A stretch of 24,000 nucleotides of DNA from Thermoanaerobacterales bacterium. Lineage in GTDB: Bacteria > Bacillota > Desulfotomaculia > Desulfotomaculales > JASEER01. The notes below the pieces were generated by a model that was not told where the DNA came from, did no database searches, and saw nothing but the letters and a program-made list of their open reading frames with translations. Positions 1 through 11,053 of this stretch are shown piece by piece. The stretch's first letter is position 1. Every line of letters begins with the position of its first letter. The translations under genes and the position numbers were made by a program. Location of the stretch: the NCBI GenBank assembly GCA_030019475.1, contig JASEER010000010.1, positions 1-24,000 of the forward strand, written 5' to 3'.

Positions 1-120
1 GCCGCGATGGGCGCGATATAACCGTACAGGCCACCCTGGAGCGGCGCCCGAGCAAATAACCGGGAAAAATTTATTCGGGGTCAGACACCGAAGTAAGTTT
101 TTGGAGTCAGGCAGACATCC

Positions 121-155
121 AAGCCCGGAGACTACACTCTCCGGGCTTTCTTTTT
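121..155 (+). terminator. Rho-independent terminator of an upstream + strand gene that ends at the window edge
   Basis: AAGCCCGGAG (121-130) and CTCCGGGCTT (139-148) form a perfect 10-bp stem with an 8-nt loop, followed by TCTTTTT (149-155). Frame 3 is open from base 3 to TAA 57-59 with GC3 bias, consistent with a gene 3' end just upstream. Confidence 0.8.
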
Positions 156-218
156 GGCGCAAATAGAAGTTCATACCTATGGTGGCGAAAACTGCAGCTA
201 GGCGCCAGTCCCTCCTTT

Positions 219-227
219 TGTTACAAT
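219..227 (+). promoter_or_regulatory. Possible extended -10 element for the GH18 gene
   Basis: TGtTACAAT (TG 219-220, TACAAT 222-227) lies about 40 nt upstream of ATG 269. No convincing -35 hexamer. Confidence 0.3.
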
Positions 228-268
228 GTCTGCGGATATCTGCAATTTTCGTCAAAAGAGGATGAGAA

Positions 269-1303
269 ATGCGCTACTGGCGGCTAAGAGGTGTTACTGG
301 TGTATTATTGATCATTTTGTTGTTAGTCAGTCAACCAACGTGGGGGGCCGCGTCCTCGGACCGGCTGGTGCTGGGGTACTATGCCGAGAACTATCCCGGC
401 GATAGGCACGCCCTGTCCTCGATCTGGAACTACAGCCGCCATATGTGGGGGATCGCCACTTTCACTTACCTCCTTGAGAGGGACGGAAGCCTCACGGGCC
501 AGGTACCGGTAACCGCCGTCCGCCAGGCGCGGCAAAACCACCTCCGTACCTTCCTTCTGATACACAACTACCGGCAGGGCTTCGATACCCGGGCCGCCCA
601 CAGCGTCTTGACCAATCAGTACAGGCGCTCGAAGCTCGTAAACAGTATTGTATGGCTTGTCCGCCATTACGGTTACACGGGCGTGAATATCGACCTGGAG
701 GGGATTCCTGCGGGTGACCGGTGGGCCTTTAACGCCTTCCTGCGGGAGCTGGACAAAAAGATCAGCCCTTACGGGCTGCTGACCGTGTCCGTCCCGGCGA
801 AGACCTGGGACGATCCCGGGAACGCCTGGTCCGGGGCCTACGACTACCAGACCATCGGCCGGACCGCCGACCTCGTAATGATAATGTCCTACGATGAACA
901 CTGGATAGGGGGCGCCCCGGGCCCTATCGCTTCCCTGCCCTGGGTGCGGAAGGTGGTGGACTATGCCGTCCGGACCATTCCCCGGGACCGGTTGTTACTG
1001 GGCATAGCAACCTACGGCTACGACTGGTCAAGCCGGGGGAGCCGGATCCTTTCCTGGAGGGAGGCCCGGGACCTCGTGGCGCGTTACGGGTGGCAGCGCG
1101 TGGTCTGGGACGACCATGCGGCCTGCCCCCGCCTGGTTTACTGGGACAGGAACGGCATACGGCATGAGGTCTGGTTCGAAAATGAATACAGCCTGCGTTT
1201 CAAGCTGGACCTGGTCCATGCCTACGGCCTGCGCGGCATCGCGGTCTGGCGCCTGGGGTTTGAGGACGCCCGTTTTTGGCAGGTTGTGGGGGAAAAGCTG
1301 TAA
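269..1303 (+). CDS. Secreted glycoside hydrolase family 18 protein, YaaH/YdhD/SleL-like spore peptidoglycan hydrolase type, without LysM repeats
   Basis: Signal-peptide-like N-terminus (MRYWRLRGVTGVLLIILLLVSQPTWGAAS). GH18 catalytic block YTGVNIDLEG (D-x-E). MSYDEHW block. AGAGGA RBS at 257-262, 6 nt before the ATG. High GC3 in this frame. Confidence 0.85.
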   Translation: MRYWRLRGVTGVLLIILLLVSQPTWGAASSDRLVLGYYAENYPGDRHALSSIWNYSRHMWGIATFTYLLERDGSLTGQVPVTAVRQARQNHLRTFLLIHNYRQGFDTRAAHSVLTNQYRRSKLVNSIVWLVRHYGYTGVNIDLEGIPAGDRWAFNAFLRELDKKISPYGLLTVSVPAKTWDDPGNAWSGAYDYQTIGRTADLVMIMSYDEHWIGGAPGPIASLPWVRKVVDYAVRTIPRDRLLLGIATYGYDWSSRGSRILSWREARDLVARYGWQRVVWDDHAACPRLVYWDRNGIRHEVWFENEYSLRFKLDLVHAYGLRGIAVWRLGFEDARFWQVVGEKL

Positions 1304-1369
1304 GACAATGGTGGCGGTACGGTAGGGGCCGGGGTTATAATGGAGAAAACCCTGCCTCCGGAGTGACCG

Positions 1370-2563
1370 ATGAAGCGACTGATCCTCAGCTGCACCATTG
1401 CTCTTCTTTACCTGGCGATGCCGGCGGTTCCGGTACCGGCCCAAGCTGCTCCGGCGATAACCGGGGAAGCCGCCGTTCTGATGGACCTGGATACGGGGCA
1501 GGTCCTCTACACCAAAAACGCCGACCGCCGGATGTACCCCGCCAGCACTACGAAGATCCTGACGGCCCTGACCGCGCTGGAGCAGGGCCGGCTTGAAGAC
1601 GTAGTAACGACGAGTGAACGGGCAAGTCTCACAGAGGGCTCATCCGTCTATTTGAAGATTGGGGAACGCCAGCGCCTGGAGGATCTTCTGTATGCACTAA
1701 TGGTTAATTCGGGAAATGACTGCGCCGTGGCCATCGCGGAGCACATCGCCGGTTCGGAAGAACAGTTTGTGGACCTGATGAACGATTACGCGTCACGCTT
1801 AGGGGCAACACATTCCCACTTCGCCAATCCACATGGCCTCCACGACCCGCAGCACTATACCACCGCCCGCGACCTGGCCGTAATCGCCCGGGAAGCCATG
1901 AAGAACCCCACTTTTCGTGAGATCGTGGCCACCCGGACGTACACCCTTGATCGCCCCGACGATAAACGCCCGACCCTCCTGGTTAACCGAAACCGGCTTC
2001 TATGGACTTACGACGGCTGCCTGGGGGTCAAGACCGGTTATACCAGTGAAGCCAGCCAGTGCCTGGTGGCGGCGGCCGAGAGAAACGGCCAGCGGCTGCT
2101 GAGCGTGGTGCTCAAGAGCCAGGGCCCGGCGCTTTGGACCGATAGCGCTGCTCTGCTCGACTACGGCTTTATGAACTTCCCGCGGGTGATGCTTGTGCGC
2201 GCGGGCCAGGAGATAGGGGAGATTCCTGTGCCACGCGGCGCGGGGCCGCTTCGGGTGACGGCCGGCGGTGATTTTGCCTGGTGCCTGCCCGCGGGCAACC
2301 AGTCCGCCGTCAGCTGGGATGTCCGGGTCGCGCCGGACCTCGAGGCCCCTGTTGCCAGGGGGGAGCAGGTCGGAACCCTGGTGTTGCGCCTGAACGACCG
2401 GGATTTGGGGCACGTACCGCTCAAGGCCGCCAACGCGGTCGAAAAAAGGCGCCCCGCCCTCTGGATGTACGTTGTGCCGCCGGCGGTGCTCCTGGTGCTC
2501 CTGCCCGTCGTGCGAAGGGTCGTGCGCCGCCGACGCTCCGGGCTGCGTCTGCCGCGCCGTTAG
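1370..2563 (+). CDS. D-alanyl-D-alanine carboxypeptidase (peptidase S11, PBP5 type; DacB/DacF-like)
   Basis: SxxK = ASTTKILTA, SxN = VNSGND, KTG = GVKTGYT. N-terminal signal peptide. C-terminal hydrophobic plus Arg-rich anchor (LWMYVVPPAVLLVLLPVVRRVVRRRR). GGAGTG RBS at 1360-1365. Confidence 0.9.
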   Translation: MKRLILSCTIALLYLAMPAVPVPAQAAPAITGEAAVLMDLDTGQVLYTKNADRRMYPASTTKILTALTALEQGRLEDVVTTSERASLTEGSSVYLKIGERQRLEDLLYALMVNSGNDCAVAIAEHIAGSEEQFVDLMNDYASRLGATHSHFANPHGLHDPQHYTTARDLAVIAREAMKNPTFREIVATRTYTLDRPDDKRPTLLVNRNRLLWTYDGCLGVKTGYTSEASQCLVAAAERNGQRLLSVVLKSQGPALWTDSAALLDYGFMNFPRVMLVRAGQEIGEIPVPRGAGPLRVTAGGDFAWCLPAGNQSAVSWDVRVAPDLEAPVARGEQVGTLVLRLNDRDLGHVPLKAANAVEKRRPALWMYVVPPAVLLVLLPVVRRVVRRRRSGLRLPRR

Positions 2564-2672
2564 ACATCAACATCCCTGGCCCCAAATCCCAACGTAATCT
2601 CTACTTGCCGATTGTCAATTCAGTTAGCCGGTTAAAGGGTGCCTTCATTGCAGTTACGGAGGTGAAGGCAAG

Positions 2673-3107
2673 GTGTACCCACCGCTTCCCGAAGACCACA
2701 ACGCTTTGGTCCTTCTCGTGCAGAGCCCGGGGGTGATCCATGCCTACTGGACTCTAAGCGGGGAGTTCTGGGTGGCGATAACGGCCCGGGGCGAATTCGC
2801 CTTGCGGCTCTATGAACTCTACGATGACCGCCCCGGGTTCCTTGGTTTCCACGAGGTCCGGCCCGGTTGCCGGACGGGCAACTGGTATTTCCGGCAACTG
2901 GATCCGAACGCCGTTTACCGCGGGGAGTTGGGGCGCATCGAGGGCGGGAAGTTCTTCCCCTATTTGACATCCCGGCCGGTTGAGACCCCGCCCGACGGCG
3001 TGGTTGAAACCCCGGACGGACCGCCGCCTCCCCCGGACGACGCCCCGCTCCCGGCGGCGGAGGGGCCGCCGCCCTGGTCGGGGAGCCTCCCCCGGGAGGG
3101 ACGTTAA
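2673..3107 (+). CDS. DUF4912-like small protein with Pro-rich C-terminal tail
   Basis: GTG start with GGAGGTG RBS (2658-2664, 8-nt spacing). LVLLVQSPGVIHAYWTLS resembles the hallmark segment of DUF4912 proteins that often precede GH57 genes; this similarity is recalled, not searched. The stop overlaps the next start (TAATG at 3105-3109). Confidence 0.6.
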   Translation: MYPPLPEDHNALVLLVQSPGVIHAYWTLSGEFWVAITARGEFALRLYELYDDRPGFLGFHEVRPGCRTGNWYFRQLDPNAVYRGELGRIEGGKFFPYLTSRPVETPPDGVVETPDGPPPPPDDAPLPAAEGPPPWSGSLPREGR

Positions 3108-5905
3108 TGGCGGACGGGTTTCTGGCCCTGGTCCTGCATGCCCACCTGCCCTACGTACGCCATCCGGAGCAGGAACGCTTCCTGGAGGAGCACTGGTACT
3201 ACCAGGCCCTGACCGAGTGTTACCTGCCCCTGGCCCGGGTTTTGCAGGGGCTGCTGCGGGACGGGGTTGATTTTTGCCTGACGCTCTCTGTATCGCCGAC
3301 GCTGATGGCGATGTTTGAGGACCCGCTGCTGCAGGGGCGCTACCGCCGCTACCTGGAACGGCTGCTGGGCCTGGCGGCGAAGGAGAAGGAGCGCCTGAAG
3401 GACGTGGAACCTTTTGCGGCCTTGCCTGGAATGTACGAAGCGCGTCTCCTGGATGCCCGGGCCCTGCTGGACGACTGCCGGGACAACCCGCTCGCGGCCT
3501 TCGTCCCGGCGCTGCAGGCCGGGCGGCTCGAACTGATCACGACGGCCGCTACCCACGGCTATCTCCCCCTGATCCGCACCAGGGAGGCCAGGCGCGCCCA
3601 GATTGCGATCGGGGTCCAGGAGTATGCCCGGCGCTTCGGCGGCCCGCCCCCGGGGTTCTGGCTTCCGGAGTGCGGATATCTGCCGGGGGTGGACGAACTG
3701 CTGCGGGAGCAGGGCGTCGGATACTTCTTTGCTGAAACCCACGGCGTTCTCTACGCGCGGCCTTTCCCCCGCCGCGGCGTGTATGCGCCTGTGGCGTGCC
3801 CCTCCGGGGTGGCGGTTTTCGGCCGCGACCCGGAGAGTTCACGGCAGGTTTGGGACCGCACGGTGGGCTACCCCGGGGATCCCTATTACCGCGAATACTA
3901 CCGGGACATCGGGTATGAACTGGAATGGGAGTACCTGGAATCTCACCTCCCATCCGCCTTCACGCGGTGCGACACGGGCTTTAAATACTACCGGATCACC
4001 GGCGGCGTCCGGGAAAAGGAGCCTTACGACCCCGCGATGGCCGCGGCGCGGGCCGAGCGGGACGCCGCCCATTTCCTGGAGAGCCGCGAGTTGCAGGTCC
4101 AGTACCTGGGCCGGAACCTGGACCGCCCGCCGCTGATCGTCGCGCCGTACGACGCCGAGCTTTTCGGGCACTGGTGGTATGAGGGGCCGCAATGGTTGGA
4201 TGCCTTATGCCGCCTCATCCACCGCCGGCAGGGAGCGATCCGCCTGACCACCCCCGGGCGCTACCTGCGGACATACCCCTCCGCCCAGACCGTCGAGCTG
4301 TCCCTCTCCAGCTGGGGGGCCGGAGGGTACAGCGAGGTCTGGCTCAACCCGGCCAACGACTGGATCTACCCCCGCCTGCACCGCATGGAGAAACGGATGA
4401 GGGCCCTGGCCGACCTGCACGGCGGCGCCGCCGGCTTTAACCGCCGCCTGCTGACCCAGGCGGCGCGGGAACTCCTCCTGGCCCAGAGCAGCGACTGGGC
4501 CTTCATCCTCAAGACGGGTACCGCCACCGATTATGCCAACCGGCGCCTGGCGGAGCACATCGGGCGCTTTGACTTCCTGGTCGGTGCGCTCGCCGGGGAG
4601 ACGCCGCTCGACGAGGCCCGGCTGGCGGCCATCGAGGCACGCAACCCCCTTTTCCAGGAACTGGACTTCCGTCTTTACAGCCACCATTACCAGGCGCCCG
4701 CCGCGCGTTCGGCGGCCGGCGTCTCGCGGGTGCTGATGCTTTCCTGGGAATTCCCGCCCCGTACCGTGGGCGGTCTGGGCCGTCACGTATATGACCTGAG
4801 CCGGGCGTTGGCTCGGCTGGGGGTGACGATCCTGGTATTGACCGCCCCCGCCCCCGGGCTGCCGGAACGCGAGGAAGTGGAGGGGGTTCAGGTGTTGCGG
4901 CTGGCGCCCGGAGCGGTGGACTCGGAGGACTTCCTGACCTGGGTCGGCCAGCTGAACCGGGGGATGGTCGGCCTGGCGGGGAAAATTGCCCCGTGCGACC
5001 TGGTCCATGCCCACGACTGGCTGGTCGGAGAGGCGGGGGTCGCCATCAGCCGGCGCTGGGGCTGCCCCCTGATCGCGACCATTCACGCCACGGAGCACGG
5101 CCGGCACCGGGGGCTGCACAATGCCTTGCAACGCCATATCCACCAGCAGGAACAGCACCTGGCCGACCGTGCGCGGGTCGTCATCTGCTGCAGCCGCTTT
5201 ATGGCCGGCGAGGTGAGCAAGCTCTTCGGGGTCCCCCGGGGCAAGGTGCGGGTGATTCCCAACGGAGTGGAACCTGAAAGTCTGCGGGTCGAGCCGCAAA
5301 AGCAGAAAAAGGCCGCCACCGGAAAGCGATCCATCCTCTTCATCGGCCGCCTGGTGCCGGAGAAGGGCGTCCAGGTCCTGATCGAGGCCCTGGCGCAACT
5401 GGCGCCCCGTTCTCCGGACCTGCTCCTGACGGTGGCCGGCAGGGGCCCCTGGGAGGTTGCCCTGCGGAACCAGGTGCAAAGCCTCGGCCTCGGGGAGCGT
5501 GTCGCTTTTCCGGGCTTTGTCGACGGAGAACACAAGAATCGCCTCTTCGCCGAGGCTGCCGTGGCCGTCTTTCCCAGCCTTTACGAACCCTTCGGTATCG
5601 TCGCCCTGGAGGCGATGGCCGCCGGGGTGCCGGTCATTGTGTCCGATACCGGGGGTCTGGCCGAGGTCGTCGAACACGGGGTGGATGGGTTCAAGGTCCC
5701 ACCGGGCCGCGCCGACCTTTTGGCTTACTACCTGGAGGAGGTTATCCGCTCCCCGGCGTTGGGCAGCCAGCTGGCACGCTCCGCCTGGCAGAAGGTGATT
5801 ACGATTTACGACTGGGATCGTATCGCCGAACAGACCAGAGAAGTCTACGCAGGATCTTTGGCGACGGGAGGGGAGAGCGATGGCGCGGCCGCTGGTGGTC
5901 GGTAA
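3107..5905 (+). CDS. Fusion protein: GH57 alpha-glucan branching enzyme (GH57 + DUF1957-type C-domain) joined to a GT4 (GT-B) glycosyltransferase
   Basis: N-terminal ~530 aa carry GH57 blocks LVLHAHLPYVRHPE, FWLPECGY (nucleophile Glu) and APYDAELFGHWWYEG (acid/base Asp). From about nt 4730 (VLMLSWEFPPRTVGGLGRHVYDLSRALARLG) there is a complete GT4 domain including EPFGIVALEAMAAGVPVIVSDTGGL (E-x7-E). The 932-codon frame is uninterrupted. Confidence 0.9.
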   Translation: MADGFLALVLHAHLPYVRHPEQERFLEEHWYYQALTECYLPLARVLQGLLRDGVDFCLTLSVSPTLMAMFEDPLLQGRYRRYLERLLGLAAKEKERLKDVEPFAALPGMYEARLLDARALLDDCRDNPLAAFVPALQAGRLELITTAATHGYLPLIRTREARRAQIAIGVQEYARRFGGPPPGFWLPECGYLPGVDELLREQGVGYFFAETHGVLYARPFPRRGVYAPVACPSGVAVFGRDPESSRQVWDRTVGYPGDPYYREYYRDIGYELEWEYLESHLPSAFTRCDTGFKYYRITGGVREKEPYDPAMAAARAERDAAHFLESRELQVQYLGRNLDRPPLIVAPYDAELFGHWWYEGPQWLDALCRLIHRRQGAIRLTTPGRYLRTYPSAQTVELSLSSWGAGGYSEVWLNPANDWIYPRLHRMEKRMRALADLHGGAAGFNRRLLTQAARELLLAQSSDWAFILKTGTATDYANRRLAEHIGRFDFLVGALAGETPLDEARLAAIEARNPLFQELDFRLYSHHYQAPAARSAAGVSRVLMLSWEFPPRTVGGLGRHVYDLSRALARLGVTILVLTAPAPGLPEREEVEGVQVLRLAPGAVDSEDFLTWVGQLNRGMVGLAGKIAPCDLVHAHDWLVGEAGVAISRRWGCPLIATIHATEHGRHRGLHNALQRHIHQQEQHLADRARVVICCSRFMAGEVSKLFGVPRGKVRVIPNGVEPESLRVEPQKQKKAATGKRSILFIGRLVPEKGVQVLIEALAQLAPRSPDLLLTVAGRGPWEVALRNQVQSLGLGERVAFPGFVDGEHKNRLFAEAAVAVFPSLYEPFGIVALEAMAAGVPVIVSDTGGLAEVVEHGVDGFKVPPGRADLLAYYLEEVIRSPALGSQLARSAWQKVITIYDWDRIAEQTREVYAGSLATGGESDGAAAGGR

Positions 5906-7925
5906 CGGGCGCATCCTGGTCGCCTTTGACAACCTCTTGAACATGCGCGACTTTTACTACCCGTTTGTGGGCCAGTGGAACCATATCCAGGGAAGGCGCA
6001 ACCGGCTCGGTGTCTGGACCGATAGCGGCTTCGCCTGGACCGAGAGCCCAGGGTGGGAACACCGCCTGCGCTACCGGGAGGGGGCCCTGGTCACCGAAGT
6101 CCACGCGACACATGCCGGACTGAAAGTCGCTCTCACTATCAACGATGCGGTCGATTACCACGAGAACGTTTATCTGAAACGGGTGACCGTGCGCAACCTG
6201 GATGACCGGGAGCGTGAGGTGCGCCTCTTCTTTACCCAGAACTTCTCCATTGACGAGACGCCCGTGGGTGACACGGCCCTCTTCGATCCCGTGCTCCACG
6301 TTGTCTACCACTACAAGAAAAACCGTTACCTCTTGGCCAATGCCATGGCCGGGCAGACCCGCTTCCATCAATATGCCACGGGGTTAAAGCGAGTGGGAGC
6401 GATCGAAGGCACTTTCCGGGACGCCGAGGACGGGACCCTGAGCGGCAACCCGATCGCCCAGGGTTCGGTCGACAGCGTCATCGGACTGCACCTGCGCCTC
6501 GGGCCGGGCAGGGCCGAAACGGCGTACTACTGGATCTGCTGCGGGCGCAACTACCAGGAAATCCGCCGGCTGAACGCCTACGTCCTCCGGCACGACCCCT
6601 GCACCCTGATCGAACAGACCGAGGCCTTCTGGCAGAGCTGGCTGGCACGCGCGGACGCGGATTGCCGGGGGCTCAGGCCCCGGCTGGTGGAGCTGTATAA
6701 GACGAGCCTGCTGCTGGTGCGGGCGCACCTTGATGATCATGGGGCGATTATTGCCGCGTGCGATTCCGATATCATGGGAGGGACCAACAAGGACCATTAC
6801 TGCTACGTCTGGCCCAGGGACGGGGCCATGATCGCCTTGGCCCTGATCCGGGCGGGCTATGCCAAACTCACCCGTTCCTTTTTTGGCTTTTGCGCCAACG
6901 TTCTTACCGAGGGCGGCTACCTTCTTCATAAGTACAACCCGGACGGCACTCTCGGATCCAGCTGGCATCCCCTGATACGTGACGGGGTGGTGCAGTTGCC
7001 GATCCAGGAGGATGAGACCGCCCTGGTCCTGATCGCCCTTTACGCCTACTATGCAGCCGAACGGGACCTGGAGTTCATTTCGGATCTGCACCGTTCCTTT
7101 ATCGTCCCGGCCGCCGACTTCATGGCCGGGTACATCGACGAGGAGCTTAACCTGCCGCAGGAAAGCTATGATCTGTGGGAGGAACGCCACGGCATTTTTA
7201 CCTTCACGGCGGCTGCGGTCTACGGGGGCCTTTCGGCGGCCGCCGCCTTCGCCCGGCTGTTCGGGGACGGCATGCGCGCCGCCGGTTACGAGGCACGTGC
7301 GGAGCAGGTTAAACAGGGCATCCTGGAACGCCTCTGGTCACCGGAACTGAACCGTTTTGTCCGCGGCCTGGTGTTCGACCCCCGGGAAGGACGTTACGGC
7401 CCGGACCAAACACTGGAATCCAGCACGGCGGGGGTGTACCTGTTCGGCGTGCTGCCTCCCGATGACCCCAGGGTGGCGGCCACGATGCGCGCCATCGAGG
7501 ACGGGTTGCTGGTCCAGACGGCGGTGAGCGGTATTGCCCGCTACACCGGCGATCGGTATTTCCAGCGATCCCAGGACGTTTATAACGTGCCCGGAAACCC
7601 CTGGTTCATCTGCACCCTCTGGCTGGCGCAGTGGTACATCGCCGTGGCGAAGGCCCCGGACGACCTTTTCCGCGCCCAGGGGCTGATCGAATGGGCGGCA
7701 GGGTTCGCGCTGGAAAGCGGAGTGCTCAGTGAACAGCTGGATCCCTTCAGCGGGGGCCCGCTCTCGGTGGCGCCCCTGGTCTGGTCGCACTCGACCTATA
7801 TCCTGGCCCTTCAGGAACTGATGTCCAGGCAAGCCGCTTTCCGGCGGCGCGGGACAGGAATCTCGGAAGCGGCGGCGACCGTCCCGGCGGGGCGGCCGAT
7901 AAATCCGGGTACCAGAGAGGGGTAG
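5880..7925 (+). CDS. Glycoside hydrolase family 15 (glucoamylase / glucodextranase / trehalase-type)
   Basis: N-terminal LVVGNGRILVAFD. YCYVWPRDGAM block. Catalytic-acid block SYDLWEERHG. Catalytic-base block LSEQLD. GGGAGGGGAG RBS at 5866-5875. The start overlaps the upstream gene by 26 nt. Confidence 0.9.
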   Translation: MARPLVVGNGRILVAFDNLLNMRDFYYPFVGQWNHIQGRRNRLGVWTDSGFAWTESPGWEHRLRYREGALVTEVHATHAGLKVALTINDAVDYHENVYLKRVTVRNLDDREREVRLFFTQNFSIDETPVGDTALFDPVLHVVYHYKKNRYLLANAMAGQTRFHQYATGLKRVGAIEGTFRDAEDGTLSGNPIAQGSVDSVIGLHLRLGPGRAETAYYWICCGRNYQEIRRLNAYVLRHDPCTLIEQTEAFWQSWLARADADCRGLRPRLVELYKTSLLLVRAHLDDHGAIIAACDSDIMGGTNKDHYCYVWPRDGAMIALALIRAGYAKLTRSFFGFCANVLTEGGYLLHKYNPDGTLGSSWHPLIRDGVVQLPIQEDETALVLIALYAYYAAERDLEFISDLHRSFIVPAADFMAGYIDEELNLPQESYDLWEERHGIFTFTAAAVYGGLSAAAAFARLFGDGMRAAGYEARAEQVKQGILERLWSPELNRFVRGLVFDPREGRYGPDQTLESSTAGVYLFGVLPPDDPRVAATMRAIEDGLLVQTAVSGIARYTGDRYFQRSQDVYNVPGNPWFICTLWLAQWYIAVAKAPDDLFRAQGLIEWAAGFALESGVLSEQLDPFSGGPLSVAPLVWSHSTYILALQELMSRQAAFRRRGTGISEAAATVPAGRPINPGTREG

Positions 7926-7930
7926 CTCAG

Positions 7931-9821
<1,891 letters not shown>

Positions 9822-9823
9822 AA

Positions 9824-9852
9824 TTTACCTGTGCTATGATTGGTGGTAAAAT
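9824..9852 (+). promoter_or_regulatory. Candidate sigmaA-type promoter for proB
   Basis: TTTACC (9824-9829), 17-nt spacer, TAAAAT (9847-9852), with TG at 9844-9845 (extended -10), in the 43-nt obg-proB gap. This would put the TSS only a few nt before GTG 9865, so either the promoter or the start codon call is uncertain. Confidence 0.35.
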
Positions 9853-9864
9853 CTGAGCACACGG

Positions 9865-11004
9865 GTGAAAAGGGTGGAAAACCGTTCCCAGCTTGGCGCC
9901 AGCCACCGCATTGTCATCAAAATCGGTTCCAGCTCGCTGGCCTATGCCACCGGGAAACTAAACCTGGGTGGCATTGATCTTTTGGTCCGGCAGATAGCCG
10001 ACCTGCACAACGAAGGCCGGCAGGTCCTTTTGGTCACTTCGGGGGCCATCGGTGCCGGGGCCGGAAAGATGGGCCTGGGCCGGCGTCCGCGGAGCATCCC
10101 CGAAAAGCAGGCGGCCGCGGCCGTGGGCCAGGGACTGCTGATGCACGTCTACGAGAAGTTCTTTGCCGAATACGGCGTAACGGTCGGCCAGGTGCTGGTG
10201 GCCCGGGAGGACTTCGCCGACCGGAAGCGCTTCATTAATATGCGCAACACACTCTGCGCCCTGTTGCGTTTCGGCGTGCTGCCGGTGATCAACGAGAACG
10301 ATACCGTGGCCGTCGACGAGATCAAAATGGGGGATAACGACTACCTGTCGGCCCTGGTGGCGGGACTGGTCAACGCCGATGTCCTGCTCCTCCTTTCGGA
10401 TGTCGACGGGCTGTACACCGGCGACCCGGGGCGGGATCCCGCGGCCCGGCTGATCCCATCGGTGCGCGAAATAACCCCGGAGGTCGAGGCCCTGGGAGGC
10501 GGGAGCGGTTCGGACCTGGGCACGGGCGGTATGGCGACCAAGCTTGCCGCGGCCCGGATGGCGATGCAGTCCGGGGTGATCACCGTCATCGCCCGCGCGC
10601 ACGCCCGGGAAGTCATCCGCCGTGTCCTCGGCGGGGAGGAAGTGGGTACCGTCTTCTGGCCCGCGGAGAACAAGCTCGAGGCGCGCAAGCGCTGGATCGC
10701 CTACGGGTCCGCCGTCGCCGGAAGCGTTAAGGTCGACGAGGGAGCGGCCCGGGCCTTAATCAAGCAGGGGAAGAGCCTCCTCCCGTCCGGGGTGATCGGG
10801 GTCGAAGGCCGCTTCGGCGTCGGGGACACGGTGAGCATCGTCGATCCCCAGGGGCGGGAAATAGCCCGCGGCATCGTCAATTTCACGGCCGCCGAGATTG
10901 AGAAGATCAAGGGCGTTAACACCGGGGACATCGCGGCCATCCTGGGCCCCCGCTCCTACGAGGAAGTCGTGCACAGGAACAACATGGTATTGGAAATAAG
11001 GTAG
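9865..11004 (+). CDS. proB: Glutamate 5-kinase with C-terminal PUA domain
   Basis: IVIKIGSSSL and VLLVTSGAIGAG amino-acid-kinase blocks. The C-terminal GSVKVDEGAARALIKQGKSLLPSGV...GDTVSIVD is PUA-like. GTG start; an alternative in-frame GTG lies at 9877. Confidence 0.95.
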   Translation: MKRVENRSQLGASHRIVIKIGSSSLAYATGKLNLGGIDLLVRQIADLHNEGRQVLLVTSGAIGAGAGKMGLGRRPRSIPEKQAAAAVGQGLLMHVYEKFFAEYGVTVGQVLVAREDFADRKRFINMRNTLCALLRFGVLPVINENDTVAVDEIKMGDNDYLSALVAGLVNADVLLLLSDVDGLYTGDPGRDPAARLIPSVREITPEVEALGGGSGSDLGTGGMATKLAAARMAMQSGVITVIARAHAREVIRRVLGGEEVGTVFWPAENKLEARKRWIAYGSAVAGSVKVDEGAARALIKQGKSLLPSGVIGVEGRFGVGDTVSIVDPQGREIARGIVNFTAAEIEKIKGVNTGDIAAILGPRSYEEVVHRNNMVLEIR

Positions 11005-11053
11005 TAGGTAAAGGGTTTAGTGCCGGCATACTACGAAACGTGAGGTGTACAAC

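Noticed and set aside
170-185. CATACCTAT as a sigma E/K-type -10 element upstream of the GH18 gene
   Set aside because: It matches the CATAcanT / CATAnnnTA consensus only partially, has no appropriately spaced -35 element, and lies about 95 nt from the start codon.
1336-1341. TATAAT upstream of the DD-carboxypeptidase gene as a full sigmaA or sigma F/G promoter
   Set aside because: The -10 is perfect, but the -35 position reads GGCGGT/TGGCGG and no GCATA/GTATA-type forespore -35 is present. It is too weak to call as a feature and is mentioned only in the shared-11-mer finding.
4205-5944. 579-aa minus-strand ORF, plus many other long antisense or out-of-frame track ORFs (e.g. 323-901, 3104-3742, 6384-7190, 8511-9236, 11579-12304, 14810-15622, 16430-17338, 17389-18132, 20531-21310)
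   Set aside because: They lie opposite or out of frame to genes with unmistakable family motifs. Their translations are Arg/Pro/Gly/Ala-rich low-complexity strings typical of shadow frames in GC-rich DNA, and they lack RBSs.
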